Origin: Chiloscyllium plagiosum
Taxonomy: Eukaryota
DNA length: 64,000 nucleotides
NCBI RefSeq assembly: GCF_004010195.1
Contig: NC_057711.1
Span: forward strand, 70,725,018-70,789,017
Direction of reading: 5' to 3'
Shown: positions 37,441 through 51,090 of the stretch, piece after piece
Layout of the letters: each line of letters begins with the position of its first letter
Numbering within the stretch: the first letter of the stretch is position 1
The notes under the pieces: model-generated
Database searches by the model: none
What the model saw: the letters and a program-made list of their open reading frames with translations, nothing else
What the model was told of the DNA's origin: nothing
Position numbers and translations under genes: made by a program

Positions 37441-38562
37441 AAAGAAATTTGTTATTGCTATTGATGTAGTATTCCTTACAGTTTAATTCTGTTCCAAAAC
37501 TGAAAATGAGGATTAAGTTCTTCAGTTTTGAGTTGGTATAACGTTATACTTATTGCCAAAAATTCATCCCAATACAAATTCCTCTGAATTGCTGGGCAGA
37601 AATGACTTGTGTTTTTCAACATTGTGCTGCACAGTATTGGATAGGATATAAGAACAATCTAATTTCTAAAATAAACCAGTGCTATTACTACATACCATGT
37701 TACCAGCCAAGTTGCAGCAAATACAATAACTGCAACACTTGCAGAACATTTGACTGTGTCAAGCAAAATTGAAGTGTTCTTTAGCAAACACATGATCCGA
37801 ATCAAATCGGTCCAAATTGTCAGTTCTAATTCAAACTCATCTGGAAAGTTACAAAATCAATTTAAAATAATGAAGTATTCTGCATTAAAGTTTTTGTTTA
37901 TCTTGAATAATTAAAATGGTGATTATTTTTTCCAAGCTAAAATACAAAGCATTCTTGTCAAAGTTTTTCTGAATCCAAAAATTACTTTCTGTACATATCC
38001 ACAAGCTTTTAATGATTTTTATACATGGATACCTAAATCAGTTTACTGCTCCGTGACTCCTAATGTCTTGCCATATAAAGAATATTCCAATATGTGTTTA
38101 CCTAATCCCAAATGGATGGTCTCACACTTCCCTGCTATATCCCTGTGCAACACTGTACTCATATTTACAGAACCTTTTTTGTTCCTAAGTTGATATCATC
38201 TACAAATTGGGACTTGAAACTGGGCCTACCAGTGCAGACATCAGTCGATTAATATGGAACAACCAATTACTACATTTTGCTCTTGGAGTGCAGGCAAGAC
38301 TGGAAGGTCACATTTATTTTATTCTTAGTTGCAGAAATTGCATTTTCAATGGATAAAAAGTGTGGTTGAAATAATTTTTGATGCATTTCTACAATGCATC
38401 TTATGAATTCTATTTTCAGATTGCACAACATTCCAATGTACGTTAGACAATAGACAATAGGTGCAGGAGTAGGCCATTCTGCCCTTCGAGCCTGCACCAC
38501 TATTCAATATGATCATGGCTGATCATTCTTAATTAGTATCCTGTTCCTGCCTTATCTCCATA

Positions 38563-38644
38563 ACCTTTGATTTCACTATCATTGAGAACTCTATCCAACT
38601 CTTACCCTTGATTCCACAATCCTTGAGAACTCTATCCAACTCTT
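38563..38644. repeat. 41-bp tandem duplication in CR1 3' region
   Basis: 38563-38603 and 38604-38644, with 4 mismatches. Confidence 0.9.
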
Positions 38645-40141
38645 TCTTAAATGAATTCCAGAGACTGGGCCTCCACTGCCCTCTGGGGCAGAGCAGTCCA
38701 CACAGCCACCACTCTCTGGGTGAACAAGTTTCTCCTCATCTCTGTCCTACATGGTCTACCCTGTATTTTTAAGCTGTGTCCTCTGGTTCAACACTCACCC
38801 ATCAGCGGAAACAAGTTTGCTGCCGCCAGAGTGTCCAAACCTTTAATAATCTTATATGTCTCAATCAGATCCCTTCTCAATCTTCTAAACTCAAGGGTAT
38901 ACAAGCCCAGTCGCTTCAGTCTTTCAGTGTAAGATAATCCCGCCATTCCAGGAATTGACCTTGTGAACCAAAGCTGCACTCCCTCAATAGCCAGAATGTC
39001 TTTCCTCAAATTTGGAGACCAGAACTGCACACAGTACTCCAGGGCCCTGTACAGCTGCAGAAGAACCTCTTTACTTCTATATTCAATCCCTCTTGTTATG
39101 AAGGCCAACATGCTATTAGCCTTCTTCACTACCTGCTGTACTTACATGCTTAGCTTCATTGACTGGTGTACAAGAACACCCAGATCTCTCTGTAATGCCC
39201 CTTTACCTAAATTGATTCCATTTAGGTAGTAATCTGCCTTCCTGTTCTTGCCACCAAAGTGAATAACCGTACATTTATCCACATTAAACTGCATCTGCCA
39301 TGCATCTGACCACTCACCTAACTTGTCCAGGTCATCCTGTAATCTCCTAACAACCTCATCACATTTTACCCTGCCACCTAGCTTAGTATCATCAGCAAAT
39401 TTGCTAATGTTATTGCTAATACCATCTTCTATATCATTAACATATATTGTAAAAAGCTACGGTCCGAGTACTGATTCTTGCGGTACCCCACTGGTCACTG
39501 CCTGCCATTCTGAAATGGAGCCTTTATCACTACTCTTTGTTTCCTATCAGCCAACCAACTTTCAATCCAAGCTAATACTTTGGCCCCAATACCATGCACC
39601 CTAATTTTGCTCACTAACCTCCTATGTGGGGCTTTATCAAAAGCTTTCTGAAAGTCCAGGTACACCACATCTACTATCTCCCTCGTCCATCTTCAGAATT
39701 ACATCCTCAAAAAATTCCAGAAGATTAGTCAAGCATGATTCCCCCTTCATAAATCTATGCTGACTCTGATCTATCCTGTTCCTTCTATCCAGATGTGTCA
39801 TAATTTCATCCTTTATAATAGACTACAGCATCTTTCCCACCACTGAGGTCAGACTAACTGGTCTATAATTTCCTGCTTTCTCTCTCCCACCTTTCTTAAA
39901 AAGTTAGCCACCCTCCAATCCATAGGAACTGATCCCGAATCTATCGAACTCTGGAAAATAATCACCAACACATCCACGATTTCTCGAGCCACCTCCTTCA
40001 GTACCCTGGGATGTAGACCATCAGGCCCCGGGGACTTATCAACCTTCAGACATAACAGTCTCTCCAACACCAATTCCTGGCAAATATAAATTCCCTTAAG
40101 TTCAGGTCCTTCAGCCACTGTTACCTCAGGGAGATTGCCTG

Positions 40142-41040
40142 NNNNNNNNNNNNNNNNNNNNNNNNNNNNNNNNNNNNNNNNNNNNNNNNNNNNNNNNNNN
40201 NNNNNNNNNNNNNNNNNNNNNNNNNNNNNNNNNNNNNNNNNNNNNNNNNNNNNNNNNNNNNNNNNNNNNNNNNNNNNNNNNNNNNNNNNNNNNNNNNNNN
40301 NNNNNNNNNNNNNNNNNNNNNNNNNNNNNNNNNNNNNNNNNNNNNNNNNNNNNNNNNNNNNNNNNNNNNNNNNNNNNNNNNNNNNNNNNNNNNNNNNNNN
40401 NNNNNNNNNNNNNNNNNNNNNNNNNNNNNNNNNNNNNNNNNNNNNNNNNNNNNNNNNNNNNNNNNNNNNNNNNNNNNNNNNNNNNNNNNNNNNNNNNNNN
40501 NNNNNNNNNNNNNNNNNNNNNNNNNNNNNNNNNNNNNNNNNNNNNNNNNNNNNNNNNNNNNNNNNNNNNNNNNNNNNNNNNNNNNNNNNNNNNNNNNNNN
40601 NNNNNNNNNNNNNNNNNNNNNNNNNNNNNNNNNNNNNNNNNNNNNNNNNNNNNNNNNNNNNNNNNNNNNNNNNNNNNNNNNNNNNNNNNNNNNNNNNNNN
40701 NNNNNNNNNNNNNNNNNNNNNNNNNNNNNNNNNNNNNNNNNNNNNNNNNNNNNNNNNNNNNNNNNNNNNNNNNNNNNNNNNNNNNNNNNNNNNNNNNNNN
40801 NNNNNNNNNNNNNNNNNNNNNNNNNNNNNNNNNNNNNNNNNNNNNNNNNNNNNNNNNNNNNNNNNNNNNNNNNNNNNNNNNNNNNNNNNNNNNNNNNNNN
40901 NNNNNNNNNNNNNNNNNNNNNNNNNNNNNNNNNNNNNNNNNNNNNNNNNNNNNNNNNNNNNNNNNNNNNNNNNNNNNNNNNNNNNNNNNNNNNNNNNNNN
41001 NNNNNNNNNNNNNNNNNNNNNNNNNNNNNNNNNNNNNNNN
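40142..41040. other. Assembly gap (899 N); a second gap of 30 N is at 21264-21293
   Basis: Runs of N. Confidence 1.
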
Positions 41041-41907
41041 TCGTCCTTGAGGATTTCCTGCACTCTGTCTGTGATGTCTTTAACCCTGGCACCAGGAAGG
41101 CAACACACCATCCTTAAGTCCCGCCTGCTGCCACAAAAACCCCAGTCAGTTCCTCTCACTATGGAGTCCCCTATTACCACGGCTCTGTGCGATGACCGAC
41201 TCTTCCGCTCTGCCTCCACGTCAACGTTTGATTGACAGACCTGGCCGCCTCGCGGACTGGCAGTGTCATCTGTCTCTACTGTTTCCAAAAGATTCAACTT
41301 GTTGGGTCTCTTGCACCTGTCTCCTCTCTGCCTTCCTCATTGTCTGCTCTCTTCTGCTCTCTTCTGGTATGATTGGTGCAATAACCTCGCTGAAGGTCTT
41401 GTCCAGAAAGATCTCATTCTCTCGGATGAGCCTAAGGTCCTTGAGTTCTTTAATCAGTGCTGCAATATGCTCTGTCAGTAGCTGAACGTGCACACACTTT
41501 CCACACTTTTATACAAGCCAGATATACCAGAGTCGTTGACCTCTCACATCAAGCACGTAGCACACTGAGCCAGCTTGGCAGTTATGTCTTCACCCTCTTC
41601 AACTGTGGCGTAATCACTTCACTCAATCTCCTTGTCAAAGACTCCTGAGCTAAAGCCTCACTCTTCAATCCACAGGAACTTCCTGTTGGTTTTGAATGCA
41701 GGCCCCCAATCAAATTGTTCTCTACTGGTAATTGAGTAACATTGAAACCACATGCACACAGCCAAGTAGTATATACTACTTTCCTAAATGGAGATCTGTA
41801 AATCATGTGAAGACGTCAAGCGTTCAGGAACGTATCATTCATCACAAGGCACCCGCTCTTTGCCATGCTGTTAGTCTTTTTTTTGATCTTATTAAACATT
41901 TCACTCT

Positions 41908-42506
41908 TGTTATAGACCAGACCAAACCAAACCCCCTCAAAATATTCAGCAGATAGTCTGGATGCTATCATTTATTTTAAAGATAAATCTAAGATATTGC
42001 ATCCCAGATGCAATTCAATTGGTCAAACTATCAGATTTGAAGCAAAACACATTTCCACTATAGTTAAAATACAACAAAACAAAAAAGGAATTGGAATAAG
42101 TTTTCCAATGGAGTTAAGTTAACACATTAATAGTGACAGTAACTATTACTAATTAATCATTCCAATATAGCAACATCCAATTAACACACCCTTGGCAAAA
42201 GGTAAATTCAGAAAACAGATTGCCTCACATGCAATCCAGGGGCAGGAAGAGAACCCCCAGCTGTTAGCTGTAACCAAGAGAGAAAGAAAAAGCTTCCACT
42301 TCAACACCTGAACAGCAACTGCTAAAAAAATTCCTGGTTCTGTGGGAGCTTGACCACACCCATTCAGAATGCTGCTAATGTTCCAACTTTAAAAAAACCC
42401 AATGCCTTCCAAGTTGTTTACTCTAGTGGCTCTGGTAGACTGCTCATCATCTGTGCCTTAAAACCTCTCTTCAAACAAAACATCTTAAAGCCATAGTATT
42501 GTCACA
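41908..42506 (-). mobile_element. Probable solo LTR
   Basis: ~600 bp bounded by TGTTATA...TGTCACA, non-coding, no clean TSD. Strand is tentative. Confidence 0.45.
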
Positions 42507-44539
42507 TTTTGGGGGGCCAAAAGGTCTTGGTGATCTGGCTATGGCATTTAACAATGGTAGTACTCTAACAGGTTTGTGATAATGGGAGGATTTTGTCTTA
42601 TTTGGGACAGTCATGATCTGATGCTGATATGGACCAATGCTTACTCCAAGCCTGAAAGTTGTCCAGATCTGCTTTATTTTCAATGGAAGTGAATGTGGAG
42701 CTGAATAATCAGCAAACCACCCAAATCCTGATATTATGAAGATGCAAGACCACTGATTATAGTTTTATAAGTGCTTACCTGAGGATCTGCTGAAATAATG
42801 CCCTGGTTCTGCAAGGATGAGCATTTGACCTTCACAACGATCTTATACTGTGTCAGAGGTGGGAATCATCAATTGTGTTTCTCCTTTGTATTTCAGTGGG
42901 GTCAAAGCCCTTCAGGAAATTCTACACATTTTGAAGTAAAAGAACACGCTGGCATGTATGCTAGAAAATGGGGTTTCAGCTAAGAAAGCACCTTTTACTC
43001 AAAAGTTAATGAGTAATGGGTGTAGAGACAAATATCCAGGGTTCGCAAGATGACCATCAGGTAACTTGTTCTGTTTCACAAAGGTAATGACAGGACAGGT
43101 AGCACTGATAAATAATGCTGCCTGCTTTGATGAATAAAATAGAGAATCCTATGGGAGTTATCAAAAATGCATATTAAAGTGTGATGGGCAGGCCTTACAG
43201 AAATAACATGAATTAAAATGTGTTTGGAAGTGCATGATATAATGTTCAGTTTAGATGCAATTTCAATACTAATGTATCTGATTGAGATTCAGTGTGTGCA
43301 GAAAAGCTTAAGCGAATGGAATGCTGAGTCAGGTTTGATGCAACATGGATCTGGCATTGAATTTAGAAATAGATCTTTCCCTAAATAGGTGTTCTGTGCC
43401 ACTGAATATTTTTATTAATGTATGTGCTCATTAAAACTCCATTATTTTCAAAGATATTCTTAGCGAGCCCTGAAAGGACTGATGCAATGGCCCATCCATC
43501 ATTGATTTGGAAACTAATTGCAGTCATAGTGTATTAACCGCATGAATGAAAAGCGTCAAATTTTCTGAGTGCTTCAAAAATTAAGTAAATATTCAATGAG
43601 ATGTTTCCGCAATATGAGAAATGTACACCAAATATTTCTGAGTTTTGGCTGAAAGATATATTTGTAGGTTGCAATGTGTTTCATGTGCACTTGAAGGAGA
43701 ATCTACAGCCTGCCTGTCAACAGTTATACACTGAATTTTTTGCCACACACACGTGAAGAGAATGTGAATCATAATCTGCACATTTCAAGGATAAGTTTTG
43801 GGTGACATTTCCAATGGGAGCCTTGTTTATCAGTTGCACAAAAAAAAAGAAGAAATTGTTTCTGGTACATGCCAGGTTTCTAATATGTTCTCCTGCCATG
43901 AAAGGTTGTCTTCTTGCAAAGTTTAATTCCGCTAATAACACGTTTGGTCTCTGTTTGTAGTGGGATAGATATTACAAATATGACTTCTTACTATGGTTTT
44001 GACACTTCCAAAATATTTCTATTCATATTTATTTCCTTTATTTGAAGTTGTCAAAACTTTTAATACTTCTTTAACATCTAAATGTAAATACAGTTGAGGG
44101 ATTCTATTGTAAAGTCCAACTGAAAACAAAAGTCATCCAAGCAGTGCAAGAGTACTCCAGGCACCTCACAGCTTAGGTTCACCATTTTACCTCATTCCCA
44201 ATGAATTGTGATTCTAAGTCTATTCTTCAGGCAGGTAGAAGTTGTATCTGGTTGTTTGGTCTTTAGTTCAGTCTAGTGTCACTGATCATTACTACTGCAA
44301 ATGCCAATGATGTGTAGAATTTGCAAGAAAAATACTTGCACTGTATAACTATGTAATTATCAGTAAAACAAGATTAAAGCATAAATTGGAAGGAAGCAGG
44401 TGAGAAATATCAGTTGTACAGTTAGAGGATTTTATAAATGGAGTGTAGCTCCCTTTTCAAGTTGACTGATTCTGACAGTGTGTTGTTTTTGGTAAATCAT
44501 TTAATCACACCTTGTTTTTTTCTTACTAAATCTCTATTC

Positions 44540-44830
44540 ATTTCTCTTTCCATCAGAAAGGCTCTCTGACCCTTTGCGTCCATGCTGATGATGAACTGCC
44601 TGTGTACACTAATTCCATTTCCCAGCTTTTGTCTCCTAGCCTTGTAAGTCATGCATTGCAAAGTGTTCCACTAAATACTACTTAAACTGTGTAATGATTC
44701 CTGCTTCAAGAGAAATCCAGTTACCCATCACCCTCTGTGAGGAAAAAAAAACAGTTGGAAGCATTCTAAACCTCCTGCCCCTTACCGTATGTCTATGCCC
44801 CCTGGTTATTGATCCCTCTACTAAGAGGAA
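44540..44830 (-). mobile_element. Old CR1 3' fragment
   Basis: CATCACCCTCTGTGAGGAAAAA and CTATGCCCCCTGGTTATTGATCCCTC, as in other minus-strand CR1 ends. Confidence 0.6.
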
Positions 44831-44850
44831 AAGCTTATTAGGAATGGAGC

Positions 44851-45725
44851 TGTTTTAAAACCAAGGACTGTGGAAGGTTCCTCTGCACTTTTAAAAGCAA
44901 GCTACTGGAATTCGTTGTGATTTGTGTTTAAGCAGTTGGAAAGGAGAGATTAGACAACATGGCATAAATTATGTGTGCAGTGAAATTTGGCTGGCAACAT
45001 GTAGCTGATTTGGTTTGTACAGTTATAAGTGCTGGAAGTTATCAGCCTGAGGACTGCTCTATGATATTCCTCTGGAGCTAATCTTAAGAGTTTACCATTA
45101 AGGATGAGAAGCCTCCGGACTGTTAAAGAGCAGGCTTTGTATTTCTATCTCTCAGCCATAGTAATGTCTGAACAATGTCAGTTATTGTCTCCTACCAATT
45201 GCTATAAGCTGTTTCCTTTAATCTGTAACTAAGAGACTGTGTAACTAGTGTACCTATTAACCTGCACAACCTGCGAAAAAGTCAAAGAACCCAGAGAAAG
45301 AAGATCAAAAGTCAGAACATTTTGGGAAGTGAAAGGAACATCTTATTAAATCCTATGGACTGGTGCTATTGAATTGTTCAGCTCACTTTTTTTCCCCCTA
45401 TTCACCTATAATATCAATGTACTTTTGTTTGTCTGTGTCTGTATGTGCATATAAAAACAGCTTAAATGTGGGTTAGAGTTTCAATAGGTGAAGTTTATGT
45501 TGATAGTTCATAGTTTTGTCTACCTGCAACTAGAACTTATTGATTTGCCATAAACAGTGGTTTTCGTTAAGTACAGGAACCTGGTCTGTGTTTTCTGTTA
45601 ACTTGATTCCATCAGACCAGTGCACTGGGGACTTTGCATACTTTGATTAAATCATTAACTTTTGTGGTGACCCCCAGAGTCATGGGAATCACGAATCAGT
45701 GCACTTTTTCAAGTCTGTCATAATA
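44851..45725 (+). mobile_element. Possible old solo LTR
   Basis: Starts TGTT and ends CATAATA (degenerate ...AACA). Layout is similar to the LTR at 62678-63393. No TSD. Confidence 0.35.
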
Positions 45726-46019
45726 AGATATAATGTAGCCTGATAGATTAAGAAGGCTTGTCAAGCGGAATTATGATGCATTTATACAGAACACAGCAAG
45801 CATCATTTTATAAACTGTATATAAAATAATAAAAACTGCTTCATGCATTAATTCTAATTATGTTTTTTATGGGGCATTAGCATATTAACAGAATGTAATG
45901 TCAACCATTTGACATCTTTACAAGCAAAGTATGACCTCATCCTATTGTTGTGCTATTGCATAGGTTCCAGATCAGACAGGCAGTGGACCTTTTAAGACAG
46001 TTTGATGTCATTTCCATGC

Positions 46020-46400
46020 AATTTCCGAGCATGGACTTGGATCATTGTCTATGGCTGTGGTAGTGCCTGGGACTCCTGGCTGCAGTAGGTCCAGAGCATG
46101 GACTTGGGGATTCAATGGGTCTTCAGCTGAATCAGCGCATTGCCTGGAGCAGGGACTCCTGTCTGTGTCTGCCTGAAGTGTGGTTGTCATAGCTGTACCT
46201 GGTGTGGGGATTCCTTGAGGCTGGGGACATCTTTCAGAGACCTTGCAGAAGCCCTGGAGTGATGTTTGAAGATCCCTTGTACAGAAAATGAACTCTATTT
46301 ATGTAATTTCTTTTTATTCTTTTTGTAACTCGAAATGGTGTTGGATTTTGGTGACAAACACTTTTCACTGTATCTTTCTAGATATGTGACATTAAATAAC
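46020..46400 (+). mobile_element. Non-autonomous retroposon fragment with Rex1/Babar-like tail
   Basis: The 3' end CTTTTCACTGTATCTTTCTAGATATGTGACATTAAATAA resembles the reverse complement of 61770-61850. Confidence 0.45.
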
Positions 46401-49400
46401 ACGTAGTAGGTACCTGCCTCCTTCAGTCACACACTGGAGTCAGTGTGTTCAGTTAAGTGTGTGGAATGTATAGTAACTTCAGTAATTACAGAACCCAGGC
46501 GATATGTGGGTCTGTAATCTTCTCTTAGGCAATCCCTCAGGATCTCCCCTTACCTATACAGTTGCCCTCCTTCACAATTGTTATTCCTGCTGCCACCCAG
46601 CATGCAAATACTCAGTCACCACAAATAGGTTCCCCACTGTCCTCCTCACAGCATCATTCTCTACCCCCATCCCCACCACATTTCCTCCTTACCATTATTG
46701 GACAGACTCCATGGACTGGCCATGGCACATCTTTGAGGGACGTAACCAAACAGCCCCAGAGGAGAAGTGCCCAGACCCCTGACTAATGACCGTACATTTC
46801 CCTAACTCTTTTACTACTAACCCGGGACTGGCCACTTTGGAGCCACAGGGCTGACTATGTCCTACTACCCAGACAGCAGAGTCACAGACCCCAGACCGAG
46901 ATCCATTTCTGACCTTGGCCAAGCCCCTGCATGGTATCGGAATCTCCTCTTGCCTTTTTGTGCTGGAACTTTCTGACTGAGGGAGTTCCTCTAGACTTCA
47001 GTGAGGACCACTGCCTTTGGGCTTTGAGACATATTCATTGGCTTGCAGCACATGCAGTGTGTTTACTATACACACAGCTGTCATGTGCTTCAGGCATGAG
47101 ATTGATGCAGCAAAGAGCTGCACAAAAGGGTAGATGCACTTTCACTAAGGAACTGCTGGCCAGCACAACCAGCTACCTAACTCTGTGATTGCATCCATCC
47201 TGGCATTCTCTTCTAATGCAATGAGTATGCAGGTAGGCACTAAGTGACTGAGACCTGAGAGAGCAACCCCGCCTTGCTCCTTGGCCTGGTGTGAAGCTGC
47301 GTGCGTGCTCCTGTGCATAGATGGTCCTTGTTACAATATTACAATTTTAATTGCTAATGTGTCCTGAGGTACAACTTTGGAAGTGTTCTGTACGTTGATT
47401 GGAGAGGGTCCTGAGCCACTGGCATCTGTGAATGGGTGTATAAGAGAGCAGCTGGTGCCCCAGACCATACCTTGAGATATGTGGCCAAGGCAATGGTCCA
47501 GAGAAGTGATGAGCTAAAGTCACCAGCTACCCGCTCTGACTCCAATGTCGGGAATTGATGATGTTTGGTTTCCATATGGTGGGTGATGGGATAGGAGGCT
47601 GCATATTAATGAGTTGAGATTTGTAGTTAATGAGGTAGTGACCAGCAATAATCCCTGTTCGATGTTTTGCTGCTACCTAGAACTCTCTTTGAAAATGCAA
47701 CAATTAGTTTACAATGTCAAGAAGGGCTTCACCTAATTTCTCATATCATTATCCCAGCTATCTCACGATAGTCAGTCATCCAGAATCTTATAAGATTCAG
47801 TACATGGCATGCATCCTTGTACCTGTATCAGAAATGGATTTCCATTTTTTAAAATGAAAAGGGGGAGGATGGGTGTTGCATTGTCGTGTGGATTCCAGAC
47901 AAGACAGACAGTGTAAGTTTAAAACAGTTAGATGACATTCTCTCATGTGATATTCTGGTATTAAGATACCCACATCAACTTTCTTTGTAATAGAGCTAGT
48001 ATAGTCTGCCTGATCAGTTAGTGATGTGTTTGTAGTGTACAGTAACGCCAGTAAACTCAGAACCCAGACTGTGACAAAGTCTGCAAATATAGCAATATGA
48101 ATAATTAGTGTTCTTAATAAACTTCAGGATGTGGTCTTAACAAGATACCTATTTTAGGTGATCTAATGTTTAGGGCAGTACTTAGGCCATATCATACTGA
48201 CAGCTGTGTTTGATTCAATTAAATATATCACATGTTGTATTTAAACTGGAAGCGAAACACAATTACAAATGTAACACGCTGTAGCTGAAATAATAACTTG
48301 TGCATTTCACCTTTGCTCATGTTGAGGATAATAATCATGAAGCCATTCACAAAGTCTAGCTCTATTCTTTCAAAGTGGAAATGATTCTTCCATTCTGGTT
48401 GGAGATATTTTCAAATCAATCGGTTCAGAGATACGCACCTCTGAAGCAGGTGGGACTGAATATGGGCTTCCTGCTCCTGAATCCTCCTCCTCCTGTCTAC
48501 CACTGCACCACAACTGCCCCCCCACCCCATATTTGTATAGTTCTCAGACAAATTGTTTTCTCGCCTACAACAATTGTCAGTTGTTCCTGGAAGGACTGGC
48601 AGAACTTATTGTCACAGCCAATGGCATGGCAATTTCATTTTATTTAACATGCTTTCTGACTGGAAAAATGTGGTGGATGGCAGTGATTTCTTTTGTTTTC
48701 AGATTTCACGATCTAATGTTGAGAGCTTTATGAACTGAGAGCGAGCTAACTCTAGTGCATGAAATATCGGACAGAACAAATCAAAACTTGACACACAGCT
48801 AGAAAAATGTTTTTTTATTCACAAATCCACTTTGTTGGATGCAGTTGACATGAATGTTAGGTAATGGGAAACTACAGCATTGGCAGCATCTGTTTGATGC
48901 TGTAGGTGAGTTGATATGCTATTATCATAAATTTAAATATTAATTAAAACACTGTCCTCCAGGGACAATCCACCTTTAGCAGGTCTGAATCACATCTTTA
49001 CAAAATATTGAGCAACATGAGTAAATTACCATTCAAGCTTCAAGATTCTCTATGAAGATAATATGCCTAATTATTGACATTCATGTCATATCATGTACAA
49101 TTTGGTACTTTTACACTTCGGACTGATTGTAGTCAGTCCCTGGGGTACTCAGTATGCTACAACTTGCAATCAATCACAAACTACTGGCTACATTTACACA
49201 CCGTGTGTTCACTGAGATTGAAAGTTTTAGATATATTGAGGGCTAAAACCTCGGTTTGGTGAGTGGGGCAAAATTATGATTATGATGACCCCAGAATGCA
49301 GATGCTCCCACATAATAGCTGAGGGGGCAAGCTATATCAAATTTTGCAATGCTCATCTAACTACTTCTCTCATTTTGAATAGAAAGAAGCTAGAGATCTT

Positions 49401-50469
49401 GAGAATTTGGCTTGTGGTGCATTTGACCAACTATTAAAGTCCTGCACCTTACCCTAAAGGGCAAAATTAGAGAAGCAGCAAAGAAATTAATCATTAACCA
49501 CCTTCCTTCACTTTTGGGCAGTTCCGTGGGGCCAGGGGTGAATTTCTTCCAAACTGGAATATTTCAGGGGGCTGTAATGTTCTGGGTGCAGGTTCTTTTA
49601 ATGTGAGTTGACTGTTGCCCACTGGCTACTGCCCAGCCCTAGCAGAGCATGATTGGAGACCAGGCTCCATTACATTGATATGGGCCAATACACATGTGCG
49701 CACGCATGCACACACACACACATTATTGTCCCAACACCTTCACAGCCTTCCCTCTCTACTCTTCACTCCAACCATCCTAGGAGCTTGCAGTCCTATTTCC
49801 TTGTATTGATTTGGGGGCAGAGCTCAGTGGGGAGGTTTATGAACACAGTTACATTATGAAGGCAGTCAACAACTTGTAGCAATTTTCTGAAAAATTGAGT
49901 TGGTTAGAACATAACAGTTTGGATGTGATACATTAATAAATTAGGTGAAGGAATTATCTCACCATGGCAGATGAGAATGCTTTATCAATCCCAAAGCTGG
50001 TCTGTAGTAAGGTTTTGAAATGGTGGAGTGTTTGCTTCTAGCGTTGTGCAGCCTTTATGGTAACAGTCTTTGTTTTTCCCTCAGGCTGATGTCCGAGAAC
50101 TCCTGGTCTTCTCCTAAGAAGATAGTGACTCATTCCAGCAGATCCTCTCACTACTTCTCACTCCCCACCTAACTCTGCTGCTGTAGCTTAATTTGGGGAC
50201 AGGCAGTCCATGTTGTATCAGTCACCTGACCGAATGCCCTCTACCAGAGACAATGGGCAGGCACTCATGATGCCAGGAGGATCCCATTTGAATGTTAGTT
50301 TTCATTCTGTTTAAGATCAAAAGAATTCTTGTTTTTGAAAACACTGCATGTATAATGGGAATGTGTGGAACCCATTCAATTTTTCATTTATGTTTATAGT
50401 GGGCCAGTCACTACTACAACACAGTTAAATTAGGCCTCAGTTGACACAGAAAATACTATATATGGAATT

Positions 50470-51090
50470 CTAAGAGAATGGCAAATTACAAATGCTTAGG
50501 CTTGATGGGCCATTAGTAGCATGGATTAGAAGTTACTAAAAGTTACGAAACCGGGTGGAAATAGATAGACATTTCTCAGATTGGAGACCAATTGAAAGTG
50601 GTGTTAGGATGTTTGCTTTTTCTGATTTATATAAATGATTTGGAGATGGGTGTTGAAATCTTTAAGTTTGCAGATGATACTAAGCTCTGGAAAATAGTGA
50701 ATTGTGAGGTTGATGTTGAGTGACTTCAAAAGGGCGTTGACAAGTTGGCCAAATGGGCAAATACTGGCAGAGAATTTTAACGCAGAGAAATGAGGTGATT
50801 TAGGAGAAGAAACATGGAGAGATAATACAGGCTCAATGGTACAACCTTGAAGGGAGCACAGGAGTAGAGGGACATCAGGGTTTACATGCATCAGTCTCTA
50901 AAGATGGCCAGGCAATTTGAAACAGTTGTTAGGAAGGTTTATGGCATCTTTGGGGTTATAAGTAGAGGCATAGAATATAAAAGAAAGGGAGTGATGGTCA
51001 GACCTCATTTGGAGTATTGTGTTCGGTTCTGGGCACCTTATTTAAAGAAGGATGTTAAACCCTGGAGAGGGTTCAAAGAAGATTTAAGGC
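50470..51090 (+). mobile_element. CR1 RT fragment, continuing at ~55400-55850
   Basis: KFADDTKL and VRPHLEYCVRFWAPYLKKDV motifs. It resumes after the inserted full-length CR1. Confidence 0.88.

Larger units (their letters stand above)
38444..41700 (-). mobile_element. Near full-length CR1 LINE (ORF1 SGNH esterase and ORF2 RT) spanning an assembly gap
   Basis: ORF1 RAVVIGDSIVRGTD..CCLPGARVKDI and a coiled coil (41266..41493). ORF2 LKVDKSPGPDGLHPRVLKE and LEYCVQFWSP. Tail (CTATTGT)n. Confidence 0.9.

Noticed and set aside
39849..41297. ORFs of 323-482 aa across the N run
   Set aside because: Artefacts of reading through the gap. The flanks are CR1 ORF1 and ORF2 pieces.
46400..47750. GC-richer block (also 6400-6800, 19180-19520, 31990-32350) as a promoter or gene
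   Set aside because: CpG-poor with no coherent ORF. More likely decayed DNA-transposon remnants that I cannot classify.
48872..48905. Hairpin CTACAGCAT...ATGCTGTAG
   Set aside because: Only ~34 nt, too short for a pre-miRNA and plausible by chance.
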